Shown here: piece after piece, positions 1 through 9,984 of the stretch
How positions within the stretch are numbered: the stretch's first letter is position 1
Layout of the letters: the number at the start of each line of letters is the position of its first letter
From: Phycisphaerae bacterium
GTDB taxonomy: Bacteria > Planctomycetota > Phycisphaerae > UBA1845 > Fen-1342
Assembly: GCA_963666925.2 (NCBI GenBank)
Contig: CAXXTC010000007.1
Span: 192,001 to 256,000 of the forward strand
DNA: 64,000 nucleotides
Direction of reading: 5' to 3'
Translations under genes and position numbers: made by a program
Notes under the pieces: generated by a model
Databases searched by the model: none
What the model saw: only the letters and a program-made list of their open reading frames with translations
What the model was told of the DNA's origin: nothing

Positions 1-3000
1 GTCAGGCCGAGGCTTACGTGCTCAAGCACGTGCGGGCCGAGCAGATCGCCGGCAACATCGATGCGATGCTGCGGGCCAAGGTGATGGAGCGTGAAGGTGC
101 CAAGCGCGGCACGATTCAGACGCTCGTTACGGCCGACGCCGCTTCAAATCGGCTGCTGGTTTACGCGCCGGATGATTACCAGGAGCTGGCCGCCCGGCTG
201 ATCGAGATGATCGACACCGAGGCCGAGAGCACCGACATCGTCCACATAATCACGCTCGAGTACGGTGAGGCGACGCAGATCGCCCAGTCGCTGAATCAGA
301 TCATCCAGGGCAATCGGCGCGGCAGCGGCTCGGTCGGCGCCCAGAGCGGTACCGCTACGGTGCGCGTCTCGGCCGACGCTGGCAGCAACTCGGTCATCCT
401 CGCCGGCATGCCCAAGGATTTGGCCGAGGTCGAGAGCTGGCTGGAAGAGCTCGAAGTCAACAGCACGACCGTGCCCGAGCTTCAGGTTTTCCAGTTGAAG
501 CACGCGACCGTGTACGAGGCGCAGCGCACGCTGGATCAACTCTTCCCGCGTGGCCGTAACCAGCAGGACACGGTCACCATCACGGCCGACGAGATGACCA
601 GCCGGCTGATCATCACGGCCAACAAGCGCAAGATGCGGCAGGTCGAGGCCTTCGTCGAGCAGCTCGACGCCGAGCCCGAGTTGGAAGCCGGCGGCGGCCT
701 GCTGGCCGGTGGTCGGCAGATCTACTTTGTGGACATCAATCGCGGCAGTGCCAGCGACATCGCCTGGGACGTGCGCGACATTCTGCCGGACGAGGAGCAG
801 GGCGGCCCGATCATCGAGGCCGACTGGTTTGGCGAGTACATCCGCGTGGTCTGTCGGCCGGCGGAGTTCCCGCAGGTTGAACAGCTCATCCGCGAATTCG
901 AGCGGCGTATCAAGGTGGAAGTGGTGGGGCGGATCTACACCCCGCGGACAACCGACACCGAGGCGCTCATCGAGTATCTGCGTGCCCGGGGCGAAGAGAT
1001 CCAGTACGAGCCGCTGACCGAGAAGCCCAAGCGTGAGACGCTGGTCGAGACGCTGTGGGAAGAGGGTGAGGAGCCGCCGCAGTTGCAGCAGCGCCGCGAG
1101 CGCGACCAGTTGCAGAGTCGGCGCGGGTCAAACTATGAAACCGGCGTGTCGCTGCGTGAACTGTTGCTCGGCGATATCACCGGCGACGAGTCAGCGGACA
1201 ACTCGGCGGACGATCCGCCGGCTGTGAAGAAAGATACGATGCCGCCATCTGCCGGCGGAAAGCCCCCAGTTCCTCGGCGTTCGGAGGCCACGGCCAAGCC
1301 GCTATCCGGCGAGCAGCCGGCGTCATCGGACCTCCTGCCATTCGAGGCTGCCGGCCGCAGCGTTCCTTCTCCGGTCGAGAAGGAGCCCGTGCGGATCGTG
1401 CAGCAGCCCAACGGCAGCCTGCTCATCAGGGGGCCGCAGGACGATGTCAACGACATCACCAGCGTGCTCGACGTAATCACCGAGGATCTGGCGACCGGCG
1501 AGGTCGTGCGGATCTTCAAGTTCAAGTATGGCGATGTGTCGGCCGCGGCCGAGGTGCTCAGCATCATGTTTGATGTGCAGCGCCAGATCACCGCCATTCA
1601 GCCGCAACGCCGCGACCAACGCCGCAACGACCGCAACGGCGGGGGCGACGACGACCGTGGCCGTGGCGGGCTGATGGACCAGTTGCAGAACATGGTTGGC
1701 GGGCGGATGGGCGGCAATAGCCGAACCGGCAGCAGCACGCCGCTGCGTATCGCCACCGACCCGGCCCACAACTATCTCATCGTCAAGTGTGATGAGACCG
1801 ACTTGCCCGAAATCCGCCAGCTCCTGCGCGAGCTGGACATCCCCCCGGGCGAGGTCAACATTCGCATCTTCCAGCTCAAGAACCTGGTGGCCGACGAAGC
1901 CGCCCAGAATATCCAGGACGTGCTGGGCATCTCCAAGGCGCAGCAGCGCCGCGGGCGCACCACGCAGCGATCCAGCCGCGGCTCGCGCGGCAATCGCCAG
2001 CAGCAACAGCTCATGGAAATGCTCCAGCAGCAGATGGTCTCGGTGCCCGGCGTCGAGGGCGGCGCCAAGGTCGAACAGGTCGAGATCGTCTCCAATGCTG
2101 TGACCAATTCGCTGCTCGTGTCGGCCCCGCCCGAGGTGATGACGCTGGTCGAAAACGTCATCAACCAGCTCGAAGAGCTGGAAGGGCGCGACGTGGTCGG
2201 CATCTACCATCATGAGCTCGAAAACACGCGGGCCGATGATATCCTGCCACTGCTCCAGGAGATCTTCTCGTCCACGAGCGGTGGTGGCGGCGGCGGTCGG
2301 GGCGGCCGCGGCGGCGGCAGTTCGCCGGCGGCGCTCGGCACGGTCACCATCTCGGCCGACCCGCGCACCAATACCATCATCTACACCGCCGAAGCCAAGG
2401 ATGTCGAGGTCGTCGAGCGACAGATCAACTCGCTTGATATTGCCGGCCTGGGCCCCGTGGCCGAAGCGGAAATGTACGTCTGTGAGTACGGCGACGCCGA
2501 GTCGATCGCATCGGTGGTCGAGGCTATCTATGGCAGCAGCAGCGGCGGCGGTCGGGGTGGTCGCGGCAACGCTGTCACTGGCACCACCAGCCAGGTGCGC
2601 ATCATCGCCGAGCCGGCTACCAACTCGATCGTCATCTGGGGACCGCCCGATAAGCGCGACCTGATCATCACCCGCATCACCGAGCTCGACCAGCTCAGCG
2701 AGCAGCCCATCCGCGAGCTCGACATCGTTTATGCCGATCCGGAAGAGCTGGCCGCCACCCTGCTCCAGATGTTCGGCGGCAGCGGTGCCAGCGTGCAGGC
2801 ACGCGGCGGGCGCGGCAATCGGCGCGGCGGCGGGGCTAATGTGATGAGCGCCGGCCGGATTACCGTCATCGGTGACAAGGCGGCCAAGAAGCTGCTTATC
2901 AAGGCTCCGGAGAACGTCTATCAGCAGATCGAAGCGCTCGTGGCCACGTTGGATACGCCCAGCGAGCAATTGCAGTTGCGGCGATTCCAGTTGCGTTATG

Positions 3001-6000
3001 CCGACGCGTCCACCGTCGTCGACAGCGTCAAGAACGCCATGTCCGAATACATGCAGCTCGCCCGCGGCATGGGCGAGGAGACCGACTTCGACGCCTTTAC
3101 GGCCGTGCCCGATGCGCGGACCAACAGCGTCATGATCGTCGGCTCCGAAGAGACCTTCCTCTTCGTGCAGAAGCTGATCAACGAGATCGACATCGCCACG
3201 CCTGCCGACCAGCAGAAGGAATTCCGCGTTTTCGTGCTCGAAAAGGTGCCGGCCGCGACCGTCGCCGACGCGATCAACGGGTTTGCCAGCGGCGGGGCCG
3301 CAGCGAGTGGTAGCGGTAGGCGCGGCCGGGGCGCGTCGGGCGATTCGCGTGAGCTGAACGTCTACGCCGTCGCCGAGGAAACGACCAACTCGGTCATGGT
3401 TTTCGGGCGAATCGAGGATATCGCCCTGGTCGAGGCGGCCGTGATCGCGCCGCTGACGGACACCATCAGCGATCGCTTCCAGGTTGCCGAAATCCCGGTC
3501 GAGAACGTCAAGCCCTCGCAGATCGTCAGCTTCATCCTCCAGTTTATGGACGTGGGTGGCACCGGCGATAAGCAGCGCGGTCGCGGCGGCCGTAACAGTG
3601 CCGCCGGCCTCGAACAGTCCGGCCCGCAGATCGTGCCCAACGATACACGCCACACGCTCGTCGTGCGCGGCACGCCCCGGCAGATCGACGAAGTCACCGA
3701 CCTGGTGCAGCGCTTCGACGATCCGGACTTCATGAGCAACCAGATCCGCGTCGTCCAGGTGCCCCTCGGGCAGGATGCCGCCACGCTGGCCGAAACGGTC
3801 GAGCGCATCGTCAACGAGTCCGAAGATGAACGTGCCACCCAGCAGGGTGGCCAGGCCCGGCACCTGACTGTCGGCTCCGACGATTACACTAATACCATTA
3901 TTCTGGCGGGCGACCCGGCCGTCTTTGGCCTGGCGGAGATGGTGGTCGATCAACTGCGTGCCGTGCGGACCCAGCAGCCGGTCACGCGTGTTATCCAGCT
4001 CAAGAACCTCTCTGCGGACGACGCCCAGGAGATCATCAACGAGATCCAGCAGGGGCGTGGGTCGCGGTCGTCCGGCTCGCGGCGCGGCTCGTCCGGGCAG
4101 CGTGGCGGGAGCAGCGGTCGCCGGCGCAGCGAGCTGTCGCCGCAATATTCGCCCGGCATGCTGCCGGTCCACACGCCGGCGGTCGGCTTTGTGCAGCCCT
4201 TCATCGGCATCAGCGTGTTGAACCCGCTGGTGGCGGTGTGTGTTGGCGGGCCGGCGGATGATCCGCAGCAGATTCAGCCGCAACGCGGCAGTGATCGTTT
4301 CGGCGACCTGCGTCGCGAGGTTTTGGAAGCGTTGGCGGACGCATCGTCGAAGGACGAGCTGACGCCGGCGCGGTCCGAGCCGCCACGCAGTGATGCCCGT
4401 CGTACCGTGCGTCCGGCGTCAACTCAGCCGCCGGAGCACCCGGCCGGTCCGTCCACCAGGTCACGTGCGGATGGCGATACGGCCGAACCGCCGGTCGGGG
4501 TCAAGCCGCCGGCCGCGGGTCAGCAACGGATCGGCTCGCAGCCACCCGCCAAGGGTCAGTCGCGCGTCGCCGGTCAGCCTCCATTCGGGCCGCAGACGCC
4601 CGTCGGAAATCGGGAGCGGGGCGCCGGCCAGGGGCCGTCGGTCGCAGGTCAGCCGCCGGCCGGCTCGCGTTTCGGCGAAATGCTCAATGGCGTCAGTGGC
4701 AATCTACAGAGCGATGTGACGGCGGCCGCGGTCGACAGTCGCCGCATTGTCATCACCGGCGACGCCGATGACGTCGCCTTCATCGAGCAGATCCTGATCA
4801 TGATGGAGGCTTCGACGTCGCCCGCGACGATTGAGGTCTTCGCGCTGAAGTTTGCCAAGGCCAGCGCCCTGGCGCCGGTCATTGAGACGGCCATTCAGGC
4901 CAAGATCGCCGCCCGCACATCGCAGCCCGGCCCGCAGGATGAATTCAGCATCAACGCCGAGGGCCGTAGCAATTCGCTCATCGTCTCGGCCTCCGAAGCG
5001 CTGATGGACGAAATCGCCCTGTTGGTCGAGCGGTTGGACGTCGACACCGGCGAGACCGATTTCCGCACCGTGCCGCTGGTCAACATGCGGGCGTCGGAAG
5101 CGGTGGGGGTGCTCAAGCCGCGGATCGAGGAATTGAACAAGTTGCGCGAGGTGCCGCAGGATTCGCAGGCGTCGATCAGTGCGGTCGAGCGCACCAACAG
5201 TGTGATGATCATCGGCACGCCGCAGGATATCGAGGAAATCGCCCGCCTGGTGCAGGCCATCGACGTGCCGCTGACGGACGAGCAGGAAACCGCCGATTTC
5301 GTGCGTGCCGACGTCGTCGTGATCCAGCTCAAGAACGGCAGTGCCGAGGATATCGCCACGGTGCTGACCGACATGATCGAGGAGCAGCAGGAGAACGCTC
5401 GCAAGGCCGATGGTGAGAAGGCCGGCGATCCGTTCGTCAAGGTGCTGCGTTTGCGGCTGGCGGATGGTCGCGAGTTGCCCGAGCTGAATCTCGATCGCCC
5501 GATAAAGATCATCCCCGAGCAGGGCACGAATTCGCTGATCATCTTCTCGAGCCAGGAAAACAACGAAGCGTTGCAGGCCATCGTCGGGGTGTTCGACACG
5601 CTGCCGGTCGGGGCCGACACGGACGTCAAGGCGTTCGTGCTGAAGTACGCGGCGGCCGAGGACGTCGCCAAGCTGATCGAAGACACGTTTGATGACAAGA
5701 GCTACCTGAGCCGGCCGGTCGATGGCGACGGCAAGGGTGTGGAGAAGGGCGTGTTGCCGCCGGTGCCCCCGGGCGTGGCGGCCAAGGGTTTGCCCTATCC
5801 GATCGTTGTTCAGCATGACGCCCGCAGCAACACGGTCATCGTGATCGGTCGCAGCGACGCGGTCCTGCTGGCCGGTGGACTGATCAGCGAGCTGGATCGG
5901 CCGACGATCGACCTGGGCCTGCGGGCCTACGTGCTCGATCTGAAGCGCATGTCCGCCACCGATCTGGCTGAGAAGCTCGAAGAGATTCTCGACGATCGCG

Positions 6001-8723
6001 CTGATGCTCTCGGCGGCGAGAACGAGGCCCGCGACAGCGCGGTGATCCAGCCCGAGGAGCGCACCAACTCGCTCATCGTTTTCGCGACCGACGAGGTCTA
6101 CACGATGATCGAGGACCTGGTGATTCAGCTCGACGAGGCCGACCGGTACAGCGTCGTCGACGTGCGTTACCGGCCGCTGCGTTATGCCGACGCGGTCAAG
6201 CTCCAGGCCCTGCTCGAAGAGCTCTTCAGCGAAAAGCAGAGTGCCGAGCAGGAAACGAATAGTGAGTTGAAGGATTCGCTCAAGCTGTGGGCCGACACGC
6301 GCAGCAATTCGCTGCTGTTGACCGGCACGCGTGACTACCTCGACGAGGCTGAAGGGCTGATTTCGCAGCTCGACGCCGAGTTTGACAGCACCGTCGAAGT
6401 CCGCGCCCTGAAGGTCAAGCTCAACAGCGCGGTCAACATTGCGGCCCTGCTGGAGGACATGATCGACACGGCCCTGAAGCAGCAGGACAGCAACTTGAGC
6501 GGCACACCGATTTACGTTTCGGCTGATCCGGTCTCCGACAGCCTGCTGATTGCAGCGGCCCGTGAAGACCTGACCATGATCGAGCGCTGGGTGCAGATCC
6601 TGGATCGGCCCAGCGAGGTCGGACGCATGACGCTGATCGTCCCGCTGCGCAACCGGGTGGCTGAGGATATCGCCCAGACTGTCGAGGACATTTTCCAATC
6701 CTCCGGCAGCCAGAAGGCCGGCGAGTTGGACGTTACGGTTACGTCTGAACAGTCGACGAATTCGCTGGTGGCGTTCGGCCCGCCCGCGGTGCTCCAGGAT
6801 ATCGAGGGCTTCGTGCGTGCCATGGACAGCAACACACCGGACAACGGCGTGATTGTCCGCATTTTCAAGCTTGAACAAGCCTACGCTGAAGACGCCGGCG
6901 ACCTGCTCGGTCAGATTCTGGACCTCGAAAGCGGGACCGTGGGCGGCAGCAGCAGCGGCGGGCGCAGCGGTTCGCAGGACACGATCGACAGCAAGGTCAT
7001 GCTCATGTTCCAGAGGGAGCATCCGGGCGTAGGAACGGAGATGCTTCGCGCGATGCGCAACGAGATCAGCGTGATCGCGAACGTGCGCACCAACTCGCTG
7101 GTCGTCATCGCTCCGCTCGAGAGCATGCTGTTGATGGAATCGCTGGTTGAGGCGGTCGATGTGCCGCCCGATGCCGCCCGTATCCGCGTCTTCCGCCTGG
7201 TAAATTCGGATGCCGAGCAGATGGTCGAGCGGCTCACCGAGCTGTTCGAGCAGAGCAATACCACCACCGGCGGCAGCAGCCGGGGCAACAGCGACGAGTC
7301 CAACCGCGTGCTCACTGTCGACGGCCTGGGCCAGGGCGGACGCCAGGAGATCGGGTTTACCGTTGATGTCCGGACCAACTCGGTCATCGCCGCCGGTACG
7401 CCCGGCTATCTCGACCTTGTCGAGGAGATCATCCTCGAACTCGACACCATCCCCATCCAGGAACGCGTCACCTGGGTCTACTCGCCCAAGAACATGACCG
7501 CCGAGGCCCTCGCCCCGTCGATCGTCGACTTCAGCGAGGCCGAACAGCAGCGTCTCCAGGATATTGGCGACGAGGTATCGACGGCGGTGATGCAGGAGCG
7601 GCTGGTGACGGCGATCGCGAACGAGGATTCGAACCGCATCATTATCGACGCGCATCCACGCTTCAGAGACACCGTCATGCGTGTTATCGAAGACCTCGAC
7701 CGCCCGCCGCCGCAGGTCATGATTCAGGTTCTCATCATCGAAGTTACCATGGACAACGAGCTGGACCTCGGCATCGAGTTCGCCTTCCAGGATCTGCAAT
7801 ACTCCAAGGCCGGCGCGACCGACACGACCACGTACGATTACGTTGGTGGTACGGACCTGGGCGCCGCGGGCAGCGGTCTGGGTGGCTTCACCTTCACGGT
7901 GACCGGTGCCGACTTCAATTTCCTTTTCCGTACCCTCCAGAACGAGGGCAACCTCAAGGTTCTCAGTCGCCCGCAGATCGTCGCCATGGACAACAAGGAG
8001 GCGCGCATCGACATCAGCGATGACGTGCCCTATGTCACTGGTACGCAGACGTCGTCCACCGGCCAGATCAGCACCAGCGTCTCACGCGAGAAGGTCGGCA
8101 TCACGCTCGAGGTCACTCCGCAGATCAACCCTGACGGGTTCGTCCGCATGGAGATCCTCCAGAAGGTTTCCGACCTGACCGGGTCGACCGTCGACGTCGG
8201 CCAGGGCGTTACGTCGCCGATCTTCTTCACGCGCGAGGCCGAAACCACGATCACCGTCAAGGACAACGAGACGGTGGTGCTGGGCGGACTGATCACTTCG
8301 CGCAAGGAGAACCGCGAGCAGAAGATCCCGATTCTGGGCGACGTCCCCGGCCTGGGCCTGCTCTTCCGCAACCAGAACGACACGTCTCGTCGCACCGAGC
8401 TGCTCGTCGTGCTGACGCCGCACGTGCTGCGTTCGGTTGAGGACTACCGCGACCTGTCGACTCGGGAGCGCGATTACACGGGTCTGATTCCGCCCGAGAC
8501 GCTGGCCGATCCGCTGTTGCAGAGTCTGCGTCGGCCGCTTGACGAACCTCTCCCGGACCAGCCCCCGCTGCGCGGCGAGCCGCAGAATCTGCCGGCCGAG
8601 GATGATGACGAGGATCTGTATAGCCCCGTGCGGCCGGCCCTCAAGCCCGAGGAGCGTGACCAGATCGATCCGGATTCGTATGACGTGCCCCTTTCGTGGG
8701 GCCGGCGGAGTAGCGGGTCCTGA
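1..8723 (+). CDS. gspD: Giant secretin (GspD/type II secretion family), 5'-truncated; about 26 secretin N-domain repeats plus C-terminal secretin core
   Basis: Frame is open from the window edge. Repeated 'F.LK.A.A......L' and 'D.RTNS(L/V)IV' units. C-terminal core 'PPQVMIQVLIIEV...LKVLSRPQIVAMDNKEARI...GITLEVTPQIN...TITVKDNETVVLGGLI...KIPILGDVPGLGLLFR...RTELLVVLTPHV' from about 7700. Confidence 0.9.
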   Translation, partial: QAEAYVLKHVRAEQIAGNIDAMLRAKVMEREGAKRGTIQTLVTADAASNRLLVYAPDDYQELAARLIEMIDTEAESTDIVHIITLEYGEATQIAQSLNQIIQGNRRGSGSVGAQSGTATVRVSADAGSNSVILAGMPKDLAEVESWLEELEVNSTTVPELQVFQLKHATVYEAQRTLDQLFPRGRNQQDTVTITADEMTSRLIITANKRKMRQVEAFVEQLDAEPELEAGGGLLAGGRQIYFVDINRGSASDIAWDVRDILPDEEQGGPIIEADWFGEYIRVVCRPAEFPQVEQLIREFERRIKVEVVGRIYTPRTTDTEALIEYLRARGEEIQYEPLTEKPKRETLVETLWEEGEEPPQLQQRRERDQLQSRRGSNYETGVSLRELLLGDITGDESADNSADDPPAVKKDTMPPSAGGKPPVPRRSEATAKPLSGEQPASSDLLPFEAAGRSVPSPVEKEPVRIVQQPNGSLLIRGPQDDVNDITSVLDVITEDLATGEVVRIFKFKYGDVSAAAEVLSIMFDVQRQITAIQPQRRDQRRNDRNGGGDDDRGRGGLMDQLQNMVGGRMGGNSRTGSSTPLRIATDPAHNYLIVKCDETDLPEIRQLLRELDIPPGEVNIRIFQLKNLVADEAAQNIQDVLGISKAQQRRGRTTQRSSRGSRGNRQQQQLMEMLQQQMVSVPGVEGGAKVEQVEIVSNAVTNSLLVSAPPEVMTLVENVINQLEELEGRDVVGIYHHELENTRADDILPLLQEIFSSTSGGGGGGRGGRGGGSSPAALGTVTISADPRTNTIIYTAEAKDVEVVERQINSLDIAGLGPVAEAEMYVCEYGDAESIASVVEAIYGSSSGGGRGGRGNAVTGTTSQVRIIAEPATNSIVIWGPPDKRDLIITRITELDQLSEQPIRELDIVYADPEELAATLLQMFGGSGASVQARGGRGNRRGGGANVMSAGRITVIGDKAAKKLLIKAPENVYQQIEALVATLDTPSEQLQLRRFQLRYADASTVVDSVKNAMSEYMQLARGMGEETDFDAFTAVPDARTNSVMIVGSEETFLFVQKLINEIDIATPADQQKEFRVFVLEKVPAATVADAINGFASGGAAASGSGRRGRGASGDSRELNVYAVAEETTNSVMVFGRIEDIALVEAAVIAPLTDTISDRFQVAEIPVENVKPSQIVSFILQFMDVGGTGDKQRGRGGRNSAAGLEQSGPQIVPNDTRHTLVVRGTPRQIDEVTDLVQRFDDPDFMSNQIRVVQVPLGQDAATLAETVERIVNESEDERATQQGGQARHLTVGSDDYTNTIILAGDPAVFGLAEMVVDQLRAVRTQQPVTRVIQLKNLSADDAQEIINEIQQGRGSRSSGSRRGSSGQRGGSSGRRRSELSPQYSPGMLPVHTPAVGFVQPFIGISVLNPLVAVCVGGPADDPQQIQPQRGSDRFGDLRREVLEALADASSKDELTPARSEPPRSDARRTVRPASTQPPEHPAGPSTRSRADGDTAEPPVGVKPPAAGQQRIGSQPPAKGQSRVAGQPPFGPQTPVGNRERGAGQGPSVAGQPPAGSRFGEMLNGVSGNLQSDVTAAAVDSRRIVITGDADDVAFIEQILIMMEASTSPATIEVFALKFAKASALAPVIETAIQAKIAARTSQPGPQDEFSINAEGRSNSLIVSASEALMDEIALLVERLDVDTGETDFRTVPLVNMRASEAVGVLKPRIEELNKLREVPQDSQASISAVERTNSVMIIGTPQDIEEIARLVQAIDVPLTDEQETADFVRADVVVIQLKNGSAEDIATVLTDMIEEQQENARKADGEKAGDPFVKVLRLRLADGRELPELNLDRPIKIIPEQGTNSLIIFSSQENNEALQAIVGVFDTLPVGADTDVKAFVLKYAAAEDVAKLIEDTFDDKSYLSRPVDGDGKGVEKGVLPPVPPGVAAKGLPYPIVVQHDARSNTVIVIGRSDAVLLAGGLISELDRPTIDLGLRAYVLDLKRMSATDLAEKLEEILDDRADALGGENEARDSAVIQPEERTNSLIVFATDEVYTMIEDLVIQLDEADRYSVVDVRYRPLRYADAVKLQALLEELFSEKQSAEQETNSELKDSLKLWADTRSNSLLLTGTRDYLDEAEGLISQLDAEFDSTVEVRALKVKLNSAVNIAALLEDMIDTALKQQDSNLSGTPIYVSADPVSDSLLIAAAREDLTMIERWVQILDRPSEVGRMTLIVPLRNRVAEDIAQTVEDIFQSSGSQKAGELDVTVTSEQSTNSLVAFGPPAVLQDIEGFVRAMDSNTPDNGVIVRIFKLEQAYAEDAGDLLGQILDLESGTVGGSSSGGRSGSQDTIDSKVMLMFQREHPGVGTEMLRAMRNEISVIANVRTNSLVVIAPLESMLLMESLVEAVDVPPDAARIRVFRLVNSDAEQMVERLTELFEQSNTTTGGSSRGNSDESNRVLTVDGLGQGGRQEIGFTVDVRTNSVIAAGTPGYLDLVEEIILELDTIPIQERVTWVYSPKNMTAEALAPSIVDFSEAEQQRLQDIGDEVSTAVMQERLVTAIANEDSNRIIIDAHPRFRDTVMRVIEDLDRPPPQVMIQVLIIEVTMDNELDLGIEFAFQDLQYSKAGATDTTTYDYVGGTDLGAAGSGLGGFTFTVTGADFNFLFRTLQNEGNLKVLSRPQIVAMDNKEARIDISDDVPYVTGTQTSSTGQISTSVSREKVGITLEVTPQINPDGFVRMEILQKVSDLTGSTVDVGQGVTSPIFFTREAETTITVKDNETVVLGGLITSRKENREQKIPILGDVPGLGLLFRNQNDTSRRTELLVVLTPHVLRSVEDYRDLSTRERDYTGLIPPETLADPLLQSLRRPLDEPLPDQPPLRGEPQNLPAEDDDEDLYSPVRPALKPEERDQIDPDSYDVPLSWGRRSSGS

Positions 8724-8731
8724 AGCAAGGA

Positions 8732-9370
8732 GTGCCGGGTTTGCCTCAGTTTGCTCACCGTTGTCGAACGCCGGCGCGTTGCTTCACTTTGTTTCTGCTG
8801 GGATTGCCGGTTCTGCTGACGGGCTGTGCCAGCAACTCGTGGGGCGCCGTTGGTTTGCGCGACGACGTGGTCACGATCAAGCAGTTCATCCCCACGTACC
8901 CGTGGATCCACGATGATGAAGGTCGCTCACGCGGGTTGCAGGCGCGCGTCTACTTCGTCTCAGCGGAGACTGAGAAAGGCGTGCACGTCCCGGGGCGCAT
9001 CAGCGTTGATCTTAACGTGCTGCACCCCCAGCCACAGGGCGGTTACGAACGCGAACAGGTGTATCGCTGGGAGTTCAGCGAGAGCGAGGCTGCCGGTTTC
9101 CGCGTCCGCACGAGGGCCGTGCTAGGCTATTCCTACGGCTTCGTGCTGTGCTGGCCCGATGACATTGACCTGTCCGGTGAGGAAGTCCAGCTCACCTTCC
9201 GTTACCACCGCCAGGAGGGCGGGATCGTCGAGCGGCGCGGACCACGCTTCCGCGTCCCGCTGCCCCCCGGATACACGTCCCCGCCGCGCGCCGCCCAGCC
9301 GACCCCCGCGCGCCAGCCCGCCGAATCCACGGGCGCCGCTCCCAGAGCCAACTCCAACGGGCAGAACTGA
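8732..9370 (+). CDS. Lipoprotein of unknown function (candidate secretin pilotin/accessory factor)
   Basis: Hydrophobic stretch ending in lipobox LLTG-C; starts 8 bp after the secretin stop; start codon uncertain. Confidence 0.7.
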   Translation: MPGLPQFAHRCRTPARCFTLFLLGLPVLLTGCASNSWGAVGLRDDVVTIKQFIPTYPWIHDDEGRSRGLQARVYFVSAETEKGVHVPGRISVDLNVLHPQPQGGYEREQVYRWEFSESEAAGFRVRTRAVLGYSYGFVLCWPDDIDLSGEEVQLTFRYHRQEGGIVERRGPRFRVPLPPGYTSPPRAAQPTPARQPAESTGAAPRANSNGQN

Positions 9371-9870
9371 TGCGCTGGACCCTTTTCATCTTTGCGCTCC
9401 TGATCGTGTTCCTCGTGCAGACCACCGCGCTACGCTTCATCGGCTGGCCCGCGCTCGATCTGTTGCTCGCCCTGGCCCTGATCTGTGGCCTGGCAGCGCC
9501 GGCGCCCGACGCCCGCCTGGCCGGCTTCTTCGTCGGGTTCGCCCAGGATCTCGACGCCAGCGGCCCCGTCGGCTTGCACGCCCTGGCCCTCGGTCTGGCC
9601 GCACTGTTGCTCACCTGGCTGCGCGAGGTCGTCAATCTCCAGGTCTGGTGGGTACGCTGGTTGATTTCGTTCCTGGCCGGCTTCCCGGCCGTTTTGCTAG
9701 TTCGGCTGCACCAGCGTTTTGCCCAGGGGGCGGCCTTCACCTGGCTTGAGATGCTGGGCTCCGCCGCCCTGACCGCGGCCGTCGCTGCCGTACTGGCCAC
9801 CATCGTCCTCGGTCTGCCCACCGCGCTGAAGCACCGCCGCCGCCGTCGCCGGCCGATGCCCGGCTGGTAG
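9370..9870 (+). CDS. mreD: Rod shape-determining protein MreD-like membrane protein
   Basis: 166 aa, about 5 TM segments, 'LVQTT...P.LDLLL...GFFVGFAQDL....PVGLHAL' pattern; TGATG overlap with the upstream gene. Confidence 0.7.
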   Translation: MRWTLFIFALLIVFLVQTTALRFIGWPALDLLLALALICGLAAPAPDARLAGFFVGFAQDLDASGPVGLHALALGLAALLLTWLREVVNLQVWWVRWLISFLAGFPAVLLVRLHQRFAQGAAFTWLEMLGSAALTAAVAAVLATIVLGLPTALKHRRRRRRPMPGW

Positions 9871-9984
9871 CAATCCTGTCCCGTTTCCCTCCCTTTTCTC
9901 CCACCGATTGCTATACTCTCAGTGGCCGAGGTTTTTTCTACAGTTACGACTGAATCATTGTCCACAGCCCACACAGGTGCCGCC

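Noticed and set aside
1323..7799. Very long minus-strand ORFs (986 aa and 1031 aa) opposite the secretin
   Set aside because: Antisense shadow ORFs typical of high-GC coding DNA; no recognisable motifs, and the + strand protein is clearly real.
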